Below, one piece after another: positions 34,301-44,604 of a stretch of DNA of 64,000 bases. Numbering within the stretch: position 1 is the first letter of the stretch; each line of letters begins with the position of its first letter. Source of the stretch: Candidatus Eiseniibacteriota bacterium (GTDB lineage Bacteria > Eisenbacteria > RBG-16-71-46); contig JBBRLX010000011.1 of NCBI GenBank assembly GCA_038231135.1, positions 48,443 through 112,442 on the forward strand, written 5' to 3'. The translations under genes were made by a program, and so were the position numbers. The notes beneath the pieces are model-generated. The model saw nothing but the letters and a program-made list of their open reading frames with translations, was not told the origin of the DNA and ran no database searches.

Positions 34301-35196
34301 GGCTGGGAGAACTCGGCGGCGGGGAAGGAGGAGCGGAGTTCGATGTTGCGGAAATAGCCCACCGAACCGTCGACGGCGGCCTCGCTCGGTGAAAACCGAG
34401 CGACGGGGAACCACAGGTCACCGTGCTGCTCCCAGGGATACAAGAGGACAAGGCGTGGGGTCTTCCGGGTGCCCGGCGGTTCATGCGAGGGGCCGGCAAT
34501 GGTGCGCGGAGGTGCAGGATCGATCAGAACGCTGTCCACCCGGCGCGTCGCACGGTTCACATACACTTCATATCCGCTGCCGGCCGGTTCGGCGGGGTGA
34601 TCGAACGACACCGCGAGCACGTCGGACAGGTCGTCGCCTTCGCGGAAGATGCCGCCATATTTCAAGATCACACCCGGGTCGCGCAGCTTGTACGGCAGGA
34701 ACATCAGGTAACCATCGTGGACCCACAGCGAATCCGCCCGATGCAGCCACGTCGTGATGTCGTCGCCCTCGACGGGCTTGCCGTCGATCCAGGCGCTGCC
34801 CTGCGTGGCGCCGAGCTTATGCATCACCAGGAACGCGGTGCCGTCCGGAGTTGTGCCGCTGACGCGGTGCCAGTGCGTGCGCTTGTCCCATGCATGGCGC
34901 CGCGAGGTGAGCACCGAGTCGCGCCCCGACCGCGAGTCATGCCGCGCGACCTCGAACGTCCACTCCAGTCCGCGCACCGCATCCCAGTGGTCCCGGCCGC
35001 CCAGCACCCTCATCACCCTGTCCGCGATCTCGATCGACTTGGGATCCGACACGCGGGCCGAGTCGGCGGCGGAGGTGGAGTCCGCGAACGCTGCGTCGTG
35101 CGTGGCTCCCGCAGGCGCAAACGGGGTTCCGGCCAGCACGGCCAACGCGGCCACGAGGGCGTAGCGCAGGCCACGGTGGAAAGCGGTCGGGATCAT
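34297..35196 (-). CDS. Secreted hypothetical protein
   Basis: Signal peptide; [13 protein letters not shown] and [11 protein letters not shown] segments; ATGA-coupled to queE. Confidence 0.7.
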   Translation of the reverse strand: MIPTAFHRGLRYALVAALAVLAGTPFAPAGATHDAAFADSTSAADSARVSDPKSIEIADRVMRVLGGRDHWDAVRGLEWTFEVARHDSRSGRDSVLTSRRHAWDKRTHWHRVSGTTPDGTAFLVMHKLGATQGSAWIDGKPVEGDDITTWLHRADSLWVHDGYLMFLPYKLRDPGVILKYGGIFREGDDLSDVLAVSFDHPAEPAGSGYEVYVNRATRRVDSVLIDPAPPRTIAGPSHEPPGTRKTPRLVLLYPWEQHGDLWFPVARFSPSEAAVDGSVGYFRNIELRSSFPAAEFSQP

Positions 35197-35301
35197 GCAC
35201 AGAGTATAGACGTGGCGCCAAATGCGGGCGAAAACCGCTATCCGGGGCGTCCGGCGGGCTTGCAGCGGCGGGCCGCCGCCCGCCTGCCGCGCTGCCCCCG
35301 C

Positions 35302-35670
35302 TCACACCGGTGTATCGCCCCCCGCCAGCAGCGCCGCGAGCTTTACGGTGAACGCGGAGCGTGGCAGCACGAACGTGACGCCGGCGTCGATCGCGGCGGT
35401 GCGCAGCGCGGTATCCACGTGCGAATAGAATCCCACCACCGGGAGGTCGCGGGTCGCGGGGCGCGCGCGCAGTGCGTGGACGGCGGCGATCGATCCGGGC
35501 GCGTGGAGGTCGACGATTATCAGGCCGGGTGCCACCGCGGCGGCGCGGCTCGCGAGCTGGGCGGGCGCACACGCCTCGACTGCGACGCCGAGCTGGTCGG
35601 CCGTCGAGGTGATGCGTGTCGAGAAGAACAGGTCCGGGACCGACATCAGGACCGTGCGGGCCGTCACCAT
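35302..35670 (-). CDS. Stand-alone CheY-like receiver protein (degenerate)
   Basis: PDLFF...LIIVDL...PVVGFYSHV...AGV receiver-like pattern; the canonical Lys motif is missing. Confidence 0.65.
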   Translation of the reverse strand: MVTARTVLMSVPDLFFSTRITSTADQLGVAVEACAPAQLASRAAAVAPGLIIVDLHAPGSIAAVHALRARPATRDLPVVGFYSHVDTALRTAAIDAGVTFVLPRSAFTVKLAALLAGGDTPV

Positions 35671-37289
35671 TGCCTCCGTCGCAGGTGCTGCGCCGTGGCG
35701 GCCAGCAGCCCCGCCGCCGCAAGGATCGAAAACGCGAACGGCACAGCGTAGGCCCACGGCGGCAACTGGTCGATGAGGATCGCCGTCACCAGCCAGCCGG
35801 CCGCCTGCACCAGCAGCAGCAGGGTGGCGATCGCGCGGCCGGTCAAGGTCAGCATCGCGCGCGGGTGGGTCCATGCGAAATTGCCGTGCACGGCGCCGGT
35901 CCACATGCCGGTCGCGAGCGCGGTGACGAGCGCCGGCATCACCAGCGCCAGCGTGCCGCCGATCGCGTGCAGCGGCAGGGCGAACGCGGCGGTCACGGCG
36001 ACCGTGGCGACCGCGACGATCGGGAGCGCCAGCGTGAGCGTCGACACCCCCCGGCCCGCGACCCAGGCCTGCTCGCGCACCGGCGCGAGCCGCATCCACG
36101 CCATGCCGCCGCGTTCGAACGGAATCGCGCGGGTGGCGATCTCATAGCCGAGCGCCACCGTGAGCGCCAGCAGCATGGCGCGTGCGAGCAGCGTGCGGTC
36201 GATCCCGGGCGCGGCGCCGGCGTCCGTGCTCAGGATCGGCAGCCCGACCAGCGGCAGCAGCGTCCACAGCACGCTCGCGACCAGGATGTCGCCCAGTACC
36301 GTCCAGTCGCGCAGGTACAACCGCAGGTCGCGCCTCAGCAGCGCGTCGAGGATGTCGGGGCGGGCGGCGAACCGGGTGGCGCGGTCCGCGCGTCCGGCGC
36401 TCCGCGCGGGTGCGCCCGAAATGCGCGACTGCACCCGATCGAGGTTGCGGCTCGCCACCGCGCCCGCCGCCACCAGCACCGCCGCCGCGGTCGCCGCGAG
36501 CAATGCCAGCCCCCGCAGCGCCGCAACCGGCGCGTCCGCGCTCCCGGCCGCCATGATGCCGGCGGCCCACGCGCCGGGCGACCACGCCATGGCGAGCGTG
36601 CTCGAGCCCAGCGCCTCGACCAGCGCCCGCGGGCTCCCGCTCTCGAGCGCCAGTCGCGGCAGCAGGAACGAATTGCCGAGCCACAACGCGAACAGCGTGA
36701 ACGTCGACAGCAGTCCCAGCACCTCGCGCGCGGTGCGCGCCGGCACCACGCGCAGCAGCGCCACCGACACCGCGACGCCGAGGCCGAGCGCGATCGCCCA
36801 CAGCATCCCGAGCGCCGGGATCGCGAGCAGCCAGCACCACCACGCGACCGGGAAGATCGCGGCGTACGCGATCAGCGCCGGCACGCCGAGGATCACGAGC
36901 AGCACCGACGTGCGGGGCAGCGCATCGAGCAGCTTGATGAGGAACAGCGCCCAGCCGGGGATCGGGGCGCGCCTCAGGAACTCGAGATCGGAGTCGAGCA
37001 GCATCGCCGACACCACCTCGTGCAGGTCGAACGCCAGCAGTCCCACCAGCGTGGCCGTGAGCAGCAGCGCGAGCACGGCGCTCGCCTCGCGGGCTCCCAC
37101 GCCGTCCTGCTCGAGCTGGAGGAACAGCACCATCAGCCCCAGCATGACGATGGTGCCGAGTACCAGCCCGAGCGTCGCGGCGAGCAGCGGCCGTGCGCGC
37201 GTCCCGCGCCGGCGCTCGCCGTGGCCGCCGCCCAGCAGCTCGTGACGCGCGAGCCGGATCCGGCTGAGCGCCACGCCCCGCCAGTTCAT
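35664..37289 (-). CDS. ABC transporter permease (multi-TM)
   Basis: Many TM helices, DSDLEFLRRAPI motif, ATGA-coupled to the ATPase. Confidence 0.8.
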   Translation of the reverse strand: MNWRGVALSRIRLARHELLGGGHGERRRGTRARPLLAATLGLVLGTIVMLGLMVLFLQLEQDGVGAREASAVLALLLTATLVGLLAFDLHEVVSAMLLDSDLEFLRRAPIPGWALFLIKLLDALPRTSVLLVILGVPALIAYAAIFPVAWWCWLLAIPALGMLWAIALGLGVAVSVALLRVVPARTAREVLGLLSTFTLFALWLGNSFLLPRLALESGSPRALVEALGSSTLAMAWSPGAWAAGIMAAGSADAPVAALRGLALLAATAAAVLVAAGAVASRNLDRVQSRISGAPARSAGRADRATRFAARPDILDALLRRDLRLYLRDWTVLGDILVASVLWTLLPLVGLPILSTDAGAAPGIDRTLLARAMLLALTVALGYEIATRAIPFERGGMAWMRLAPVREQAWVAGRGVSTLTLALPIVAVATVAVTAAFALPLHAIGGTLALVMPALVTALATGMWTGAVHGNFAWTHPRAMLTLTGRAIATLLLLVQAAGWLVTAILIDQLPPWAYAVPFAFSILAAAGLLAATAQHLRRRQW

Positions 37290-38062
37290 GCCGGACCCGT
37301 TTCGCGCGTGAGCGCCAGGAACACGTCCTCGAGCGTGGCCGCGGCCTTGGAACCGCGCAGCTCGTCGAGCGTGCCCTCGGCGAGTTTGCGGCCATGGTCG
37401 AGGATCACGACCCGGTCGCACAGCCGTTCCGCGACGTCGAGCAGGTGGGTCGACACCAGCACGCCGAGTCCGCGGGCGGCGCGCTCGCGCAGCAGATCCT
37501 TGAGCACGCGCGCCCCCGCCGGATCGAGTCCGAGGATCGGCTCGTCGAGCATCAGCAACGCCGGGTCGTGCAGCATTGCGGCCGCCACCGACACCTTCTG
37601 CCGCATGCCGTGGGAATACGTCTCGATCAGATCGTCGGCGACCGAGTCCAGTTCGAGGCGCAGGAACAGCTCGCGCGCACGCGGCTCGGCGATCGCGCCC
37701 GGCACGTCGTAGATCGCCGCAACGAACTGGAGGAACTCGCGGCCGGTGAGCCGCTCGTAGAAGATCGGCTGGTCGGGAACGAACCCGAACGCCGCGCGCG
37801 CCACCAGCGGGCGGCGGTCGAGCGGCGCGCCGAGGATCTCGATGCTCCCCTGGTCCGCGCGCAGCAGCCCCGCGCAGCAGCGCAGCGTCGTGGTCTTGCC
37901 GGCGCCATTGGGGCCCAGGAAGCCCAGGATCTCGCCGGACCGCACCTCGAAGTCGAGCCCGTCGACCGCCGTGAACTTGCCGTAGCGGCGGACGAGCCCG
38001 AGCACGCGTAGCGGCGGCGCCGCATCGACGGCGGCGCCGGGGGCCGGCCGGGCGGGCGTCAT
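37286..38062 (-). CDS. ABC transporter ATP-binding protein
   Basis: GPNGAGKTT Walker A, YSHGMRQK signature, LMLDEP Walker B, H-loop STH. Confidence 0.95.
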   Translation of the reverse strand: MTPARPAPGAAVDAAPPLRVLGLVRRYGKFTAVDGLDFEVRSGEILGFLGPNGAGKTTTLRCCAGLLRADQGSIEILGAPLDRRPLVARAAFGFVPDQPIFYERLTGREFLQFVAAIYDVPGAIAEPRARELFLRLELDSVADDLIETYSHGMRQKVSVAAAMLHDPALLMLDEPILGLDPAGARVLKDLLRERAARGLGVLVSTHLLDVAERLCDRVVILDHGRKLAEGTLDELRGSKAAATLEDVFLALTRETGPA

Positions 38063-38090
38063 GCCGCGGCACTCGCGCTGGCGGTGCGCA

Positions 38091-39146
38091 TCATGCCGGC
38101 CCCGCGAGCGCCGTGGCGAGCCGCGGCAGGCTCACGTCGTAGCGGTAGGTCACGCCCATGTGGCCGTCGTCGAATTCCTCGTGAACGTGCGCGATGCCGA
38201 GCTCCTTCAAGCGCCGCGTCAGCATGCGGGCGCCCAGGTGCAGATGCCATTCGTCGCGGACGCCGCAGTCCACGTGCAGCAGCTTGAGCGAGCGCAGCGC
38301 CGCGGCGTGCGATTCGAGCAACGTGAGCGGATCGCGTTCGAGCCAGCGCCGCCACACGTCGTCGCGGAACTCGAAGGTGGCAAGGTCGCACGGCAGGTCG
38401 ATGCCGTAGGGCGGCACGTCGGGATTCGGCGAATACGCCGCGGCCATGGCGAGGATGTTGAGCACGGTGAAGTCCTCGTGCCGCTTCTGGACCCGCGCCT
38501 CGAACGCCTCGAGCCACGCGCGCACGCCGCCCGCCCGCTCGACCGCGGCGCAGAACTTCGGCACGTCGCCGCGGTAGGCGTAGTCGAAGTACAGGTCGCC
38601 GCTATGGCAGGCGACCGCGCCGAACACGTCGGCGTGCCGCATGCCGAGCACCAGTGCCCCGTAGCCGCCGGACGACTTGCCGGCCACGCCGCGGTGATCG
38701 CGGCCGGCGAGCGTGCGGTAGCGCCGGTCGACGAACGGCACCAGTTCCTGGATCAGGTGATCCTCGTAGCGGCCGGTGGCGGACGAGTTGAGGTACTGGG
38801 AGCCGCCGTAGCGCGTGAAGCAGTCAGGCATCACGAGGATCATCTCGCCGCACGCGCCGTTGGCGATCAGCCCGTCCATGCGGTCGTCGATCGACGGCGA
38901 CCACGCGCCGTCGTTGAGCAGCGTGCGGCCGCGCCCCATGAACCCCGTCAGCATCAGCACGACGGGATAGCGCCGCTCGGGCGCGGCATCATAGGACGGG
39001 GGCAGGTACACCGGCACGCGCCGCACGTGCGGATCCCCGGCACGGTTGCCGCGCAGCACTTCGCTGTCGATCGTTTCGATCACCACGCGCCCACGTCGCG
39101 CCGGCCCGGCGCCTCGCGCCGCACCGCCCGCTCCCATCGTCGTCAT
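38091..39146 (-). CDS. Putative esterase, alpha/beta hydrolase (enterochelin-esterase-like)
   Basis: VYLPPSY, YPVV, GKSSGG nucleophile elbow, DCG, DDGH. Confidence 0.85.
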   Translation of the reverse strand: MTTMGAGGAARGAGPARRGRVVIETIDSEVLRGNRAGDPHVRRVPVYLPPSYDAAPERRYPVVLMLTGFMGRGRTLLNDGAWSPSIDDRMDGLIANGACGEMILVMPDCFTRYGGSQYLNSSATGRYEDHLIQELVPFVDRRYRTLAGRDHRGVAGKSSGGYGALVLGMRHADVFGAVACHSGDLYFDYAYRGDVPKFCAAVERAGGVRAWLEAFEARVQKRHEDFTVLNILAMAAAYSPNPDVPPYGIDLPCDLATFEFRDDVWRRWLERDPLTLLESHAAALRSLKLLHVDCGVRDEWHLHLGARMLTRRLKELGIAHVHEEFDDGHMGVTYRYDVSLPRLATALAGPA

Positions 39147-41299
39147 CGCCGCCCTCCCGTCGATTCGACCACCGGTCCCGCCGGTCGCAGCAGCCGGGCC
39201 GACGCCCGCGCCAGCTCGGGATCGCGTGCCATCGCGGGTACCTCCCGCACCAGCGACTCCAGTTCCTGGCGCGCCCGTTCCTCGAGCCGTACGGTGGCGA
39301 GCCCGAGCACCAGGTTCTTCCGCGCTTCCCAGTCGTGCGGATCGAGCCACGCCGCGACCTCCAGTTCCATCAGCGCATACTTGTACGCGAACGGCCGCGG
39401 GTCGTGCTGCATCAGCTCGCCCAGCACGGCGTGGGCCGCCGGCCGCCCGATACCGTATTCGATCGCGGTGATGAGATGCCGGCGGGCGTTCAGCGTGTCG
39501 CCGTCCACGACGGCGTTATGGGCCGCCCGCAAATGGGCGCTCCAGATCAACGAATCGTCGTGGGCGCCGAACGCCGTCCACGTGTTCTCGGCGAGGCCAC
39601 GGTCGCCGCTCATCAGCTCGGACCAGCCGAGCCAGTACATGAGATCCATGCGATCGCCGCCGGTATCGAGGCCGCGCCGGAACGCATGGCTCGCGCCCGC
39701 GAATCTGCCGAGCAGCACGAGATCGCTGCCGACCTGGAACCACGGATTGGACATCGACGCATACAGCGGCACCAACTCGCGGCCGTCCCAGAACAGGAAC
39801 CGGCACGGCGCCGCGTCCGCGGTGGAATCGGAGAACCGGGAATAGAAGTACGACTCGAGCGTCGAGTCGCGATAGATCGCCCGCACCTGGGCACCATTGC
39901 CCATCTGGAAGCCCGCCCACGACGGCAGCGTGGCGAAGAACATCCGGGTGTGTGGAGCCGGGTGCGGCACCACCCGCCGCAATTGCCGCGACAGCGAGTC
40001 CGTCAGCGCGGCGGCGCGCTGGAAGTAGAACGGCGTCAGGTGCGACGTCCACACCCACGGCCGCTCGACCGTCGCGAACGCGGGCGAAGCGGTGCTGCCC
40101 GCGTGCCACCACCCGAGCCCTGCGGCCAGCATCAGCCACGCCCAGCGGTCGGCGCGCGCGAGCATCACACCGAACGCCAGGGCGCCCCCGACCGCGGCCA
40201 GCGTGTAGTAGTAGGAGCTCCAGCCATAGGACACGGGCCCCGCGGGCAGCGCGAACGCGACCGCCCAGCACGCCGCGAACGCCAGCAGCGCGGTGCGCGG
40301 CGGCGCCACGAGGCGCGTCGCGACTGCCGTGACGGGAGCCGCGGGGACGCTGCCCCCCGCGGACCGTGCCGCGACGGCGGTCCCAGGCGCCCCGGCCGCA
40401 TCCGTGCAGAGCCCGGAGCCGCGCGCCGGCGGCACCCGCGCCGGCAGCCACCACGCCACGCCGGCGAGAATCACGAGCGGCAGCACGGCGGGTGCATGGG
40501 TCGCGAGCGAGGCTGCGATGCCCTGCGGGTGTTCGAGCCCGAGCAGGCTCTGGAACATGTGCACGATGCCGGCGGCGAATGCGGTGAGTGACAGATCGAG
40601 CGGCGCCGGGGCCGCGCTGCGCGCCCGCATCGCGATCGCCACGCCGGCCCAGGCGCACGCGAGCACGGCGTACGGCGCCACGCCCCGTGCGATCGACCGG
40701 GCATCGCGCGGCGCGCCTGGCTGTGGAACGAACCTTTGCCACGCCGCGAGGCCGAGCGGCAGCGCGAGCGCCGTCTCCTTGCTCGCGCACGCCGCGGCGA
40801 AGCACAGCAGCGCGGGCAGCGTGCGGCCGCGCCGGTGGAACGCGAACGCGCCGAGCACGCCGGCGAGCGCCATCAGATCCTGGCTGCACGACACCCACAT
40901 GAGATTGACGTGCTGCAGCGGCAGCCACGCGAAGTACGCGGTGCCCGCGAGCACGCCCGCCACGGGAAGCAGCGCGCCCAGCAGGTCGGCGACCAGCATC
41001 ACCGCGACCAGGAACAGCAGCGCGTTCACGACATGGAAGCCCAGCGGGTGCCCGTGCGCCAGCGGGCCCACGACCGCGAAGTACACCTGCCGCGACAACG
41101 GCCGGTAGTAGTTGCCCAGTGCGCCGGGGGCGGCGAGCGAGGCCAGGAATGGCGTGCGCTGCGCCTGCTCGAGGAACATGAAGTCGTCGTTCAGGAACGG
41201 CGAACGGATGGCATCCCAGTAGAGCGCGACCGCCGCGGCGATGAGGACGAGGAGTCCGGGCAAAGGGACACGGGACGATGCAGGGCGAGGATCCATCAC
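39143..41299 (-). CDS. Multi-TM GT-C-like glycosyltransferase with C-terminal TPR-like helices
   Basis: FLNDDF, YYRPLS, FHVVN and SKETA motifs typical of PMT/TMTC-like proteins; helical repeat tail. Confidence 0.65.
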   Translation of the reverse strand: MMDPRPASSRVPLPGLLVLIAAAVALYWDAIRSPFLNDDFMFLEQAQRTPFLASLAAPGALGNYYRPLSRQVYFAVVGPLAHGHPLGFHVVNALLFLVAVMLVADLLGALLPVAGVLAGTAYFAWLPLQHVNLMWVSCSQDLMALAGVLGAFAFHRRGRTLPALLCFAAACASKETALALPLGLAAWQRFVPQPGAPRDARSIARGVAPYAVLACAWAGVAIAMRARSAAPAPLDLSLTAFAAGIVHMFQSLLGLEHPQGIAASLATHAPAVLPLVILAGVAWWLPARVPPARGSGLCTDAAGAPGTAVAARSAGGSVPAAPVTAVATRLVAPPRTALLAFAACWAVAFALPAGPVSYGWSSYYYTLAAVGGALAFGVMLARADRWAWLMLAAGLGWWHAGSTASPAFATVERPWVWTSHLTPFYFQRAAALTDSLSRQLRRVVPHPAPHTRMFFATLPSWAGFQMGNGAQVRAIYRDSTLESYFYSRFSDSTADAAPCRFLFWDGRELVPLYASMSNPWFQVGSDLVLLGRFAGASHAFRRGLDTGGDRMDLMYWLGWSELMSGDRGLAENTWTAFGAHDDSLIWSAHLRAAHNAVVDGDTLNARRHLITAIEYGIGRPAAHAVLGELMQHDPRPFAYKYALMELEVAAWLDPHDWEARKNLVLGLATVRLEERARQELESLVREVPAMARDPELARASARLLRPAGPVVESTGGRR

Positions 41300-41380
41300 G
41301 GCCGAAATCTAACAGGCAGCCCCGGCAAGCCCCTAGCGGAGCCGTGCGCGCGCGAATGTGTGGAGCGCACGGTCTCGAAA

Positions 41381-41875
41381 TCACACGTCCCGAGGGTAGA
41401 CGACGATCTGCGCGGTCGCGCTGAAGTCCTCGAGCAACGCCGGGAGCAGCGAACCGTAGACCTCCGCGCGTCCGTATCCACACCGGCTCGAGTTCCGGGG
41501 CACGAACTCCACTTGCCGCAACTCGATCGCGGGATACCCGCCCGCCGCACGAATGACGATCGGATGTGCGAGTTCGAGCCCGAGTACACCGGTCTCCGGA
41601 TCCACGCCCGTCACCCGCGCAAGGGTCTCGCCGCCCGTAAGCCACCGCAGATCCCACGTAACCCATGCCTGCCTGTGGTCGAAATCGTGCGTGGCCCTGG
41701 CAGACATTGGCGGGATGATCCCCAAGAAGCGGCGCCAAAGAACGAGGCCCGGCCGGGGCGCGCCGAGGCCGCGAAGTTTCTGGTAGCTCGTTACGGCATT
41801 GACCACCGCGATGAGGCCAGCGAGCAGCGTCGTGACCATGAGGGTGGCGCCAAGGATCTGAATCAGGACAGTCAT
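41381..41875 (-). CDS. Hypothetical protein with an N-terminal TM segment
   Basis: ORF from ATG 41875 with a hydrophobic N-terminus fills the intergenic gap; no recognisable motif. Confidence 0.45.
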   Translation of the reverse strand: MTVLIQILGATLMVTTLLAGLIAVVNAVTSYQKLRGLGAPRPGLVLWRRFLGIIPPMSARATHDFDHRQAWVTWDLRWLTGGETLARVTGVDPETGVLGLELAHPIVIRAAGGYPAIELRQVEFVPRNSSRCGYGRAEVYGSLLPALLEDFSATAQIVVYPRDV

Positions 41876-41982
41876 GAATCCGGCAGGATACCTGAACCGC
41901 GAGGGATGAAACTCGGGACTCAGCTTGGACCGGCCACGTTCCGATAACCCCGGGGTCCGATACCCACCCCCGGAGGCACGGA

Positions 41983-43719
41983 ATGCCGACGTCGTCCATT
42001 CAACCGGAGTCGAGCCACGCGGCACCCGAAGCCCGCAGGGCCGCCGGGCGCCGCTCCGAGGCTCCCAGGGAACCTGCCAGCGGCGGCGATGGCATCCGGC
42101 GCAAGAGCTGGCTCCTGTGGGGCAGCATGGCCGCCGCGCTCATCGGTCTCACCGCCGGGATCGTGGTGTTGTACGTCCCGCTGATCCACGCCGCCGCGAC
42201 CGACGGGTTCTCGCCGGACATGTTCCTCCAGGCCTACTACTCGCTCGTCGGACTCGGCGGCCTCGTGCTGCTGTTCTGCCTGTTCACGGCACTGCGCCAT
42301 CAGGAACTCGACCGCATGCGGCGGTTGATCGAGCACGAGGGACGCGAAACCGACGACGCCCGCACCCGGTTGTCCGAGCTGTCGGCGATGTTCCAGCTCT
42401 CGACCACGCTCAATCTGAATCTCGGCCTCGACGTGATCCTCGAGATCATCGTGCGGCGCGTGGTGTCGACGCTCAAGGCGCAGCAGGCGTCGATCATGAT
42501 CTACAACTCGGAGTCGGGGCTGCTCGAGACCCGCGCCTCGTACGGTCTCGAGAGCGAATTCGCGCGTCATGCCACGCAGAAGCTCGGCGAAGGCATCGCG
42601 GGCTGGGTGGCCCAGCAGCACGAGGCGGTGCTGATCGACCATCGCAGCGCCGCGGCCATCGGCCGCCACTTCAAGAACGACCGCAACATCACGTCCGCGT
42701 TGTCGCTGCCGCTGCGCGTCGGCGAGCGCTGCGTCGGCGTGCTCAACGTGAACCGCATCAATCATCCCGAGCCGTTCCAGGAACGCCATCGGGAGATGCT
42801 CGACCTGTTCGCCGAGCACGTGGGCGCGGTGATCGAACGCGCGGAGACCATGGAGCGGCTGGGGACGCGGTCGCGCGAGCTCGAGCAGGTCAACCAGGAG
42901 CTGTCCGACATGAACCGCATGAAGGACCTGTTCCTGTCGACGGCGAGCCACGAGCTCAAGACGCCGCTGACGTCCATCATCGCCTATGCGGAGCTGCTCG
43001 ACGAGAACCAGGCCGCACTGAGCCGCCCGCAGCGCGGCGAGTTCCTGCGGCGGATGCGCAACGAAGCCGATCGCCTGATGGGACTGATCGAGGACATCCT
43101 CGATCTGTCGCGCATCGAGAGCGGCAAGCTCACGCTCAAGCGCGGCATGCTGGCGGTCAACGAGGTGGTGACCGGCGCCGTCGAAACGTCCCGCAACCTC
43201 GCGGCCAAGCACGGCGTTACGCTCGCGGCGACACTGCACCCGACGCTGCCGACGCTGTTCGTGGACGAGGTGAAACTGCGCCAGGCGGTAGTGAACCTGA
43301 TCGTCAACGCGATCAAGTTCAGCCCCGAGCGCGGCCGGGTCGAGGTGCTCACCGACCGCGAGCCGAAGTATCTGAAGATCGAAGTGGTCGATCGTGGGCC
43401 CGGCATCCGGCCCGACGAGGCCACCCACATCTTCGAACTGTTCGGACAGGGAGTGTCGGCCGAGGCCGCGCCCGATTCGGGAATCGGCATCGGACTCCAC
43501 CTCGTGAAGCGGATCATCGAGCTGCATGGCGGCCACGTGGGCGTGAACAGCGTGCCCGGCGAGGGCAGCCGGTTCTGGATCCGGCTGCCGCTGACGCTCG
43601 CACAGCCGGAGGAGCTGCCGGCGGACGCCGTGTCGGGAGCTGCCGGCCGCGCCATCGCTGCGGCCGCGCCTGCCCCGGGCGCAGCAACCGAACCGGTGGA
43701 GCCGGCCCGAGCGGCCTGA
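41983..43719 (+). CDS. Membrane-anchored GAF sensor histidine kinase
   Basis: 2 TM, GAF (GEGIAGWV, GVLNV), H-box ASHELKTPL, NLIVNAIKFS, DRGPGI, GIGIGL. Confidence 0.93.
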   Translation: MPTSSIQPESSHAAPEARRAAGRRSEAPREPASGGDGIRRKSWLLWGSMAAALIGLTAGIVVLYVPLIHAAATDGFSPDMFLQAYYSLVGLGGLVLLFCLFTALRHQELDRMRRLIEHEGRETDDARTRLSELSAMFQLSTTLNLNLGLDVILEIIVRRVVSTLKAQQASIMIYNSESGLLETRASYGLESEFARHATQKLGEGIAGWVAQQHEAVLIDHRSAAAIGRHFKNDRNITSALSLPLRVGERCVGVLNVNRINHPEPFQERHREMLDLFAEHVGAVIERAETMERLGTRSRELEQVNQELSDMNRMKDLFLSTASHELKTPLTSIIAYAELLDENQAALSRPQRGEFLRRMRNEADRLMGLIEDILDLSRIESGKLTLKRGMLAVNEVVTGAVETSRNLAAKHGVTLAATLHPTLPTLFVDEVKLRQAVVNLIVNAIKFSPERGRVEVLTDREPKYLKIEVVDRGPGIRPDEATHIFELFGQGVSAEAAPDSGIGIGLHLVKRIIELHGGHVGVNSVPGEGSRFWIRLPLTLAQPEELPADAVSGAAGRAIAAAAPAPGAATEPVEPARAA

Positions 43720-43902
43720 CACGACGCCACCTGAACCGGGATCCGCTCGCCTCGAGCGCACCGGCCCGCCGCCGGCCCCATGGCCGGACCTCGTGTCGCC
43801 TCATACTGTTGCGCCGGCTGTGCCATACTCCCGCACGGCTGCCGGCCTCCTGGCGGACGCCTCAGATCACCGGCACATCCGCCCTCCCACGTTCGAGGGG
43901 CC

Positions 43903-44604
43903 GTGGCACCGAACGATCCTCCGGCACACTCGCCGGCACCTTCCGTAATAGTCAGTGGGGAGCCCGTTCATTCGGGCCCGGCGGATGGTGTCCCGGCGCA
44001 GGACCTGGGAGCCGCCCCGCGGTCCCGGCACGTTCCGCCGCCGGCACTCGCCGTGCTCGAGGGCGTGCGGGCCCGCGAGCCGGCAGCCATGGGTACCTTC
44101 TTCGAGCACTATTTCGATCTGGTATTCGGACTGGTCATGCGGATGCTCGGCAACCGGACCGCGGCGGAGGATGTGACGCAGGACGTGTTCTACAAGGTGC
44201 AGCGCGCCGCGCATCAACTCGACATCCACCGCGATCCCGCGCCATGGCTGGCGACGATCGCCACGAACGCGTGCCGGGATCTATGGCGCTCGGGCGCCGA
44301 CCGCATGGGACGCCGGAGCGCTTCGATCGATGTCGATCCCGCGCTCGGGGAGCGCCTCACGCGCGGCACCAACGATCCCGAACTCGACGCCCTCGCCGGT
44401 GAGCGCGAACGCCGGGTGCAGCAGGCGATCGAAGGCCTGCCGGAACCGCTGCGCGTGCCGATCGTGCTCCACGACTATCAGGGGCTGAGCCATCAGGAGA
44501 TCGCCGCCGTGGTCGGCATCGGCCATGCCGCGGCGCGCAAACGCTACTCGCGCGCCCTCACGGCGCTCGCCGAGCGGTTGCGCGATCTGGGACCGGAATC
44601 ATGA
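43903..44604 (+). CDS. ECF (sigma70 group 4) sigma factor
   Basis: AEDVTQDVF, WLATIATNACRD, LPEPLR...GLSHQEIA. Start uncertain; GTG 43903 has a GAGGGG RBS. Confidence 0.9.
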   Translation: MAPNDPPAHSPAPSVIVSGEPVHSGPADGVPAQDLGAAPRSRHVPPPALAVLEGVRAREPAAMGTFFEHYFDLVFGLVMRMLGNRTAAEDVTQDVFYKVQRAAHQLDIHRDPAPWLATIATNACRDLWRSGADRMGRRSASIDVDPALGERLTRGTNDPELDALAGERERRVQQAIEGLPEPLRVPIVLHDYQGLSHQEIAAVVGIGHAAARKRYSRALTALAERLRDLGPES

